Shown here: piece after piece, positions 57,895-64,000 of the stretch
How positions within the stretch are numbered: the stretch's first letter is position 1
How the letters are laid out: every line of letters starts with the position of its first letter
From: Candidatus Binatia bacterium
GTDB lineage: Bacteria > Desulfobacterota > Binatia > Bin18
NCBI GenBank assembly: GCA_963666315.2
Contig: CAXXHG010000043.1
Coordinates: 32,001 to 96,000 of the forward strand
Length of the DNA: 64,000 nucleotides
Reading direction: 5' to 3'
Program-made: the position numbers and the translations under genes
Notes under the pieces: model-generated
What the model saw: only the letters and a program-made list of their open reading frames with translations
The model's database searches: none
What the model was told of the DNA's origin: nothing

Positions 57895-59568
57895 TTAAAA
57901 CATACCCGAAATCTTGCCGTCCTCATCCATCCGCATATTGGCTGCCGCTGGTTTCGCACCGAGACCAGGCATGGTCAGCATGTCGCCCGTCAACGGGATG
58001 CAAAAGCCGGCTCCGGCAGACAGCCGAATTTCACGTACGCTCAACACAAAGTCACGCGGCCGGCCGTAGCGCTTGGGGTCGTCTGAGAGTGACATTTGGG
58101 TCTTGGCCATACAGATAGGCAGCTTGCTATAGCCGAGGTCGTTGATCCGCTTGAGGTCGTTTCGCGCCCGAGACAGCAACGTAATATCCGCCGCGCCGTA
58201 GATCTTTTGGGCAATCGTCCGGATCTTATCCTCAATCGGCATGTCCAACGGGTAGAGCGGCTGCGCTGGCGGCACAGGACCTTCACAGGCATGGGCCACG
58301 GCTTCAGCTAACGGCAGTCCGCCTTCTCCGCCGCGGTCAAAGACATCAATAACGATCGCTTCCACACCCAGCGCTCGACTCTCTTCTACAACCACATTGA
58401 GCTCGTCTTGTGTGTCTGTCGCAAAGCGGTTCAGTGCAACAATCGGTTGTAAACCAAACACCCGCACACTCTCGACATGCTTGGCCAGATTCTGCATGCC
58501 TTGTTTGAGCGTCTTCAAGTCCGGCGCGTTGACATCTGGCATGGGTGTCCCGCCATGCATTTTGAGCGCTTTGAGTGTTGCCACCAGCACCACGACTGAC
58601 GGCCACAAGCCGGACTCACGACATTTGATATTGAAGAATTTCTCGCCACCCAGATCAAAACCAAACCCGGCTTCCGTCACCACATAGTCGGCATACTGAA
58701 GCGCCAGCCGTGTGGCCAGGATACTACTGCACCCATGCGCGATATTGCCGAAGGGGCCGCCGTGAACACACGCGGGAACGCCCTCCACCGTCTGTACCAA
58801 GTTGGGCTTAAGTGCATCTTTTAAGATAATAGCCATCGCGTGTGGGGCCTGGACCTGATCCGCCGTGACTGCTTCGCCGTGAGATGAGTATCCAATCATA
58901 ATTCGTGACAAACGCTGGATAAGATCTTTTGGCCCGCTAGTCAGGGCAAGAATAGCCATGACCTCGGACGCAGCCGTGATATCAAAGCCCTCTTCTCGGG
59001 GAATACCCATCAGCCGCCCACCCAGGCCCATCACAATTTGGCGCAGCGCGCGGTCGTTCATATCCATGACACGTCGCCAGCGAATCTGGCGTACATCCAG
59101 GTCAACAGTCCGGTGAAACAGCGCCGCGTCCATCATGGCAGACAGCAGATTATGGGCGGAACTCACCGCATGAATATCTCCGGTAAAGTGCAGATTGATA
59201 TCCTCCATGGGCAAAACCTGTGAGCGACCGCCCCCACAGCCACCGCCTTTGACACCAAACACCGGGCCCATCGAGGGTTCACGAATGGCAACCGCCGCGT
59301 TCTTCCCGAGTCGAGTAAGCGCTTGCCCCAATCCAATAGTCGTCGTTGTCTTGCCCTCGCCGGCCGGAGTGGGATTAATCGCCGATACCAGAATGAGCTT
59401 TCCCTGCTGTTGAGCAGGGGCTGAAGATAACGCAGCAAGCGCAATTTTTGCCTTGACCCGCCCGTACGACTCAAGATGTTCTGACGGCAGCCCTAAACGC
59501 GCGGCAATCTCTTCGATCGGTTTCAGCGTCACCGACTGGGCAACGGCAAGGTTTTGTTCTCGGCTCAT
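57895..59568 (-). CDS. fhs: Formate--tetrahydrofolate ligase
   Basis: PTPAGEGKTT, REPS.GP.FG.KGG, INLHFTGD.HA, HGGPFGNIAHG, TEAGFG, MAKTQ.S.SD, MPGL. Confidence 0.97.
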   Translation of the reverse strand: MSREQNLAVAQSVTLKPIEEIAARLGLPSEHLESYGRVKAKIALAALSSAPAQQQGKLILVSAINPTPAGEGKTTTTIGLGQALTRLGKNAAVAIREPSMGPVFGVKGGGCGGGRSQVLPMEDINLHFTGDIHAVSSAHNLLSAMMDAALFHRTVDLDVRQIRWRRVMDMNDRALRQIVMGLGGRLMGIPREEGFDITAASEVMAILALTSGPKDLIQRLSRIMIGYSSHGEAVTADQVQAPHAMAIILKDALKPNLVQTVEGVPACVHGGPFGNIAHGCSSILATRLALQYADYVVTEAGFGFDLGGEKFFNIKCRESGLWPSVVVLVATLKALKMHGGTPMPDVNAPDLKTLKQGMQNLAKHVESVRVFGLQPIVALNRFATDTQDELNVVVEESRALGVEAIVIDVFDRGGEGGLPLAEAVAHACEGPVPPAQPLYPLDMPIEDKIRTIAQKIYGAADITLLSRARNDLKRINDLGYSKLPICMAKTQMSLSDDPKRYGRPRDFVLSVREIRLSAGAGFCIPLTGDMLTMPGLGAKPAAANMRMDEDGKISGMF

Positions 59569-59785
59569 TCCTAGGTTTCCTTTCGCCAAACGCACTCTCC
59601 ATCCGCCTCTTCCCCAAGGCAATAGAGTGTACGGAGAGTGCGATCTTATACAAAATCAATGCGTTCGACTATCACAAGCCCAGAGGACTCTTTATCCTAC
59701 CGTAGCAGAAGATACCAAATCTTATGAGACAGGTCCTGACCATACAGGCGAAGCATGGTATTCATGCAGTAGCGAGGGAGTTGGT

Positions 59786-60832
59786 ATGGCAGAAGATACA
59801 TCCAAGACTCGCCGTTTGCTTCATATCGCGCTCAGCTTAGTGGTGAGCGGAGTTTTTCTCTATCTCGCTTTTCGCAACGTTCAGCTCGACGAGCTCGGGG
59901 CAGCGCTGCGGCGCATCGACGCCACCTGGCTGCTTGTCGCCATTGGTCTCAGCCTACTCATCATGCTCTTTCGCGCCTGGCGCTGGCAGCTAGAGCTCCG
60001 TCCACTCGAACACATTCCCGTTGGCCGGCTGTGGGTCGTCACGGCGGTGGCGTATATGGCCATCAATCTTTTACCCGTCCGTATAGGCGAGGTCGTCCGT
60101 CCGTGGCTCCTGTCGCGCCGCTCGAGTGTGTCCTTCTCGAATGTGGTAGGCAATATTGTTGTCGAGAAAACAATGGATTCGGTTGCCATCGTTTTCTATC
60201 TCCTGGTGGGGCTATTGACGATAGACAGCCTACCACTCTGGGTGCGTCAGCTCGCCATCTTTCCCGCCATGATCGCAACTATTTTAGTGACGCTAGTCCT
60301 GCTTTTTTGGTGGCGGGGTGAGGCATTTGTCGAACGCTGGTTGTTGCGAATTCTGCCGCAGCGTTTTGGCAGCCGCCTCAAAGGCGTCTTGGCCGCAGTT
60401 GCAGACGGCATGCGAGTGATTCCAAACCCCGGTTTGCTCTTGGCCGTTTTTCTGGTCTCGCTCGCCATGTGGTTCCTGCCTATTCTCTCAAGCTATATCA
60501 TGATCCGGGCCTTTGACCTGCAGGTCCCGTTTAGCGCGGCGCTGGTGATTTTTGTCTTTATCAGCTTTGGGACGGCGCTGCCTAATCTGCCGGGCATGAT
60601 CGGGCCGTATCAATACGCCTGTCAATTGGCCCTGGGCATCTATGGGGTCAGCGAGGTCGACGGCTTGGCGTATGGCTTGGTTCTCAACGCGGTGCAATTT
60701 CTCACTCTTGTTGCCCAAGGGTTGTTTGCCCTGCCAATTGCCGGGGTCAGTTTTGCAGATATTCGCCGTGCGGGCGACGCGGCGCCACACCAGGCCGAGG
60801 TCTCCGCTTCGGACACCTCACCTTCTGAGTAG
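59786..60832 (+). CDS. Lysylphosphatidylglycerol synthase TM-domain (flippase-like) protein
   Basis: RAWRW, N.LP.R.GEV.R, VVEK..D, P..PG.IG.Y; polytopic. Confidence 0.85.
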   Translation: MAEDTSKTRRLLHIALSLVVSGVFLYLAFRNVQLDELGAALRRIDATWLLVAIGLSLLIMLFRAWRWQLELRPLEHIPVGRLWVVTAVAYMAINLLPVRIGEVVRPWLLSRRSSVSFSNVVGNIVVEKTMDSVAIVFYLLVGLLTIDSLPLWVRQLAIFPAMIATILVTLVLLFWWRGEAFVERWLLRILPQRFGSRLKGVLAAVADGMRVIPNPGLLLAVFLVSLAMWFLPILSSYIMIRAFDLQVPFSAALVIFVFISFGTALPNLPGMIGPYQYACQLALGIYGVSEVDGLAYGLVLNAVQFLTLVAQGLFALPIAGVSFADIRRAGDAAPHQAEVSASDTSPSE

Positions 60833-60838
60833 CACCCT

Positions 60839-60862
60839 GGGCGAGATGACCGCACCCCTACA
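60839..60862 (-). repeat. REP-like palindrome (GTAG type)
   Basis: Minus strand reads TGTAGGGGTGCGGTCATCTCGCCC, between convergent genes. Confidence 0.4.
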
Positions 60863-60865
60863 AGA

Positions 60866-61462
60866 CTATTGTCCAATAGCCCGACGCGCTTGCAAGAAGA
60901 ATCGTAGGCGTACACCCATTGCCAGGATCAGATAGCCACCCCACAAGATGAGCAGCCCTTGATCAACTGGGAAGGGGAGGAGTTGCTGTTCAAGCGCAGC
61001 GTGCAGCGCCATCACCCCAGTACCGATATAGTTCAGTACCCCGGCCCAGTGACCAATGGGATTCGACACCAGGGTCACCTGCGTCTCTCGACCAGACAGC
61101 CACCACGAGTCCAGGGCGTATTGCCCAAACGCGCAGCCAACCGCACAAGGAATCCACCAGGGTACGATCCCGCTATAGGTCAGATAGGTCAAGGTTACGA
61201 GAAGAAAAGTAATGTCCGCTAAATTATCGAGAATTTTTCCCCAGTCGGAACTGAGGCTGAGGGCACGGGCGATTGGTCCATCATAATAGTCACTGGCACA
61301 GATGATGAGAAAAAGCGCAGCGACATACCCGACACGCGTTAGGCTCGGCTGGCGCATACTGCATTCAATCACCAGCAGAAACACAGGTGTCAGAATAAGC
61401 CGAACACTGGTGAGGACATGCGCGAAATTAAACGTCCGACGACCTTCTACAAAAGTGGCCAC
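60866..61462 (-). CDS. CDP-alcohol phosphatidyltransferase
   Basis: LT.VR, D.YDG.IAR...S.WGK.LD.LAD motif. Confidence 0.9.
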   Translation of the reverse strand: MATFVEGRRTFNFAHVLTSVRLILTPVFLLVIECSMRQPSLTRVGYVAALFLIICASDYYDGPIARALSLSSDWGKILDNLADITFLLVTLTYLTYSGIVPWWIPCAVGCAFGQYALDSWWLSGRETQVTLVSNPIGHWAGVLNYIGTGVMALHAALEQQLLPFPVDQGLLILWGGYLILAMGVRLRFFLQARRAIGQ

Positions 61463-61512
61463 CGGTTCTCTCCATATAGAGCATGTAGGGTATAGAGAGA
61501 TTGAGAAAGAGA

Positions 61513-62070
61513 CTATTTCTTAGACTTCGTCCCTGGCGTAGCATCAGGCAACTGGGTCTTTTGCGGTGCCCCGGTCTCAACCTTTAATATCTTCACATCG
61601 AAGAGCAATTTTTTTCCTGCCAAGGGATGGTTCGTATCAACAATAATGGTTTTGTCTTTGACCTCTTTCACCCAAGCAACTAGAGTTTGCCCGTCTGAGC
61701 TATGTCCTTGCAATATTTTCCCGACTTCACGAGATGACTCAGGGATCTGTTCTTTGGGCAATTCTCTGATCCGCTGCGGGTCTACCGGACCATACCCTTC
61801 TTCGGGCAGCAGTTCGATCTTTTTCGTATCACCGGCCTTTAATCCCGTGAGCTGCTTCTCCAAGCCAGGAGGGATCTGTTCGGCGCCATGTGTATACACA
61901 ATTGTCTCAAAGACCGTTTTATCTTCAAGTGTAAGCGTGTATTCAAGCGACACGCGGTTTCCTTCGCCGATTGTGTTTTGCGCATAGCTTGGGGCCACAC
62001 ACATGAGCCCGAAGCTCAACACTACAACAAAAATTCCTCGCTTCGTCCGTCCATCCAGTATAGTTTTCAT
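61513..62070 (-). CDS. Exported SlyD-like FKBP peptidyl-prolyl isomerase (paralog 1)
   Basis: Signal peptide, VSLEYTL, HG..QI.PGLEK.L.G, PEEGYG, DTNHPLAGK.L.FDV. Confidence 0.85.
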   Translation of the reverse strand: MKTILDGRTKRGIFVVVLSFGLMCVAPSYAQNTIGEGNRVSLEYTLTLEDKTVFETIVYTHGAEQIPPGLEKQLTGLKAGDTKKIELLPEEGYGPVDPQRIRELPKEQIPESSREVGKILQGHSSDGQTLVAWVKEVKDKTIIVDTNHPLAGKKLLFDVKILKVETGAPQKTQLPDATPGTKSKK

Positions 62071-62133
62071 AATAATTGGCCCTCCTTCAAAAGTCGGCAT
62101 TACACTCATTGTAGTGTCGAAGAGCCCTCAATT

Positions 62134-62661
62134 TTATTTTGGCACCTTCTCAACTTTTAAAATCTTCACATCGAAGAATAATGTTTCTCCTGCCAAGGGA
62201 TGATTGGTATCGATCACAATTGTCTTCTCCTTCACCTCCAGAACTTTCATAAAGAGCGGCTTCCCCTCCGGACTTCTTCGCTCAAGTTCCTCGCCAACGT
62301 TCCTTTTATCTTCAGGAAGAGTGTCTATGGGAACTTCAAAAATCCGCTTAGGATAGTCTGGGCCGTAGACGTCTTCGGGTGACATCTCAAATTTCTTAGT
62401 CTCATCGGCCTTGAGGCCCACCAGGTGCTTTGCGAACAATGGCACTTTCTCGTCAGACCCGTGGACATACACCATGGGTTCCTTGCCAACATTCGCATCG
62501 AGAATGCTCTTATCTTCAAGCGTCACCGTATACTCAAGAGAAACTTTTCTTCCCTGAGCAACCTCGAGTTCCTCGGCATTGGCGATTGTTGCGGCCGTGA
62601 GACACAAGCCAGACACGATGAGCGTCAGCATGCTTCGTCTGGGACTGAGAAAGATTCGCAT
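62134..62661 (-). CDS. Exported SlyD-like FKBP peptidyl-prolyl isomerase (paralog 2)
   Basis: Signal peptide, VSLEYTV, PEDVYG, DTNHPLAGETL.FDV. Confidence 0.85.
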   Translation of the reverse strand: MRIFLSPRRSMLTLIVSGLCLTAATIANAEELEVAQGRKVSLEYTVTLEDKSILDANVGKEPMVYVHGSDEKVPLFAKHLVGLKADETKKFEMSPEDVYGPDYPKRIFEVPIDTLPEDKRNVGEELERRSPEGKPLFMKVLEVKEKTIVIDTNHPLAGETLFFDVKILKVEKVPK

Positions 62662-62837
62662 TTTTCTCGCTCCTAGTAACAAAACGGCACGAGGATAGGA
62701 AGTTTTGATCCTCGTGCCGTTTAGAAAGTGCCGTTCCACAAACGCCGCTACGGCGGCTATCTCAGGATATTCCCCGGAATAGTCTCCAGGACGATTTTCA
62801 GCATAGCATATTACCCTAGGGAGTCGAGTCTCGGGTG

Positions 62838-63734
62838 TTATACCATACGAGGCGGTTTGAGGTTTGAGCCTAGCGTCCCCTTGAAGACCTTAAATAAATG
62901 GTCAAGGTCCCAGGGCCCCTGACTGTAAATCGTCTTTTCGGGGACAAGGTGAGTGTATAATGAGATACGATACCCACTCGCCCCAAAGGCTTGCCCATTC
63001 ACCTCCTGGGCTTCGTCGCTGGCCAGAAAAATAACAATCGGTGCGACATTGGCGGGATCGAGCGGGCTGCCCTGCGCGGAGTCCCCACTTTCCGACAAGC
63101 CCATGCCCTGAGCGAAATTGGCTGGAATGGTGTCGGTCATCCGCGTCGCAGCACCAGGCAGGATCGCGTTACAGGTAATATTATACTTTGCCAAGGCGTT
63201 GGCGCTGCTATACGTCAGTCCGAGGATACCCGCCTTTGCCGCGGCGTAGTTGGGCTGACCTGGCGCGCCGAGTGCCGACCCGGAGGAGAAGTTAATAATC
63301 CGGCCGCTCTTTTGACGCCGCATGACTGCAGAAGCTGGCCGGATCGTACAGTAATGGCCCTTCAAATGAACCGCGATCACTGCGTCCCATTCTTCTTCGG
63401 TCATGTTGAAGATCATGCGATCGCGTAGGATCCCGGCACAGTTCACCAAAATGTCGAGTTTGCCAAACGAATCGACCGCAGTCTGAATCAGCTTTTCTCC
63501 GCCGTGGACGGTCGCAATATTGTCCGTGCTGGCAACGGCCTCACCACCCGCAGTCTGAATTTCTTCGACCACTTGCTGTGCTGGGGTTTTGTCTCCACCT
63601 TCGCCGTCCACACTCCCGCCCAGGTCATTCACCACCACCTTCGCGCCTTCTTTGACCATAAGCCGGACTATCCCTCGGCCTATCCCTCGGCCCGACCCGG
63701 TGACCACCGCTACTTTTCCGTCAAGTTTGCCCAT
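62838..63734 (-). CDS. Short-chain dehydrogenase/reductase
   Basis: TGSGRGIG, VVNDLG, NCAGILRD, YAAAK. Confidence 0.93.
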   Translation of the reverse strand: MGKLDGKVAVVTGSGRGIGRGIVRLMVKEGAKVVVNDLGGSVDGEGGDKTPAQQVVEEIQTAGGEAVASTDNIATVHGGEKLIQTAVDSFGKLDILVNCAGILRDRMIFNMTEEEWDAVIAVHLKGHYCTIRPASAVMRRQKSGRIINFSSGSALGAPGQPNYAAAKAGILGLTYSSANALAKYNITCNAILPGAATRMTDTIPANFAQGMGLSESGDSAQGSPLDPANVAPIVIFLASDEAQEVNGQAFGASGYRISLYTHLVPEKTIYSQGPWDLDHLFKVFKGTLGSNLKPPRMV

Positions 63735-63756
63735 TGTGATGCCTCCTTATGTGATG

Positions 63757-63780
63757 GGGGCACGGCAGGCCGTGCCCGTA
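63757..63780. repeat. REP-like palindrome
   Basis: GGGCACGGC-AG-GCCGTGCCC. Confidence 0.45.
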
Positions 63781-63787
63781 TTCAGCC

Positions 63788-64000
63788 CTATCCTTTTGGA
63801 AGTCCAAGCACTCGATCTCCCAAAATATTCTTCTGGATTTCCGATGTCCCCCCGCCGATCGTCAGTAAGCGATACCACAGAGCAGCACGTGGCCAGCGGC
63901 CGTTATCAATAGTATGCGGGGAGCCTTGGGTGAGTTGCGCGTATGGACCCAGCAGTTCGGTTGCAAACATGGCCAGGCGCATATTCAACTCAGAGCCTAA
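63788..64000 (-). CDS. Acyl-CoA dehydrogenase, 3' end (partial)
   Basis: TIGGGTSEIQKNILGDRVLGLP C-terminal motif. Confidence 0.85.
   Translation of the reverse strand, partial: LGSELNMRLAMFATELLGPYAQLTQGSPHTIDNGRWPRAALWYRLLTIGGGTSEIQKNILGDRVLGLPKG

Overview
Mostly core chromosome of a GC-rich (about 55-58% by eye) Gram-negative bacterium. The gene set (F420-type LLM oxidoreductases, class III CoA-transferases, Rieske oxygenase, Fhs, Cys-type CcmE, GAF-PtsP) suggests a deltaproteobacterial/Binatia-like organism; this is inference. Left to right: the end of an uncharacterised three-gene membrane module; the ffh-rpsP-khpA-rimM-trmD-SPOUT-rplS operon; a variant cytochrome c maturation cluster split by a cold-shock gene; an internally deleted yvcK; a phosphohexomutase; the aroQ-accB-accC-DUF1573-mfd-surA-pdxA run; an SAH riboswitch ahead of metH; a K+ channel; an orphan flagellar rod-domain gene with a sigma28-like promoter; DUF790 nuclease plus VapBC; msrP without msrQ; a relic region (amidohydrolase and comM fragments, hsp20, a 143-bp inverted-repeat element, a FimB-like recombinase); queE; HU with a ~370-nt highly structured upstream RNA; ptsP, thiD, alkA; an fhs-LLM-Rieske-small protein operon carrying a 174-bp tandem duplication; and two exported SlyD-like PPIases. 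No rRNA, tRNA or CRISPR array was seen. The best candidates for something undescribed are the structured RNA upstream of HU, the recombinase/IR/hsp20 unit, the membrane trio and the fhs-LLM-Rieske operon. All calls come from motif recognition by eye; no database searches were run.
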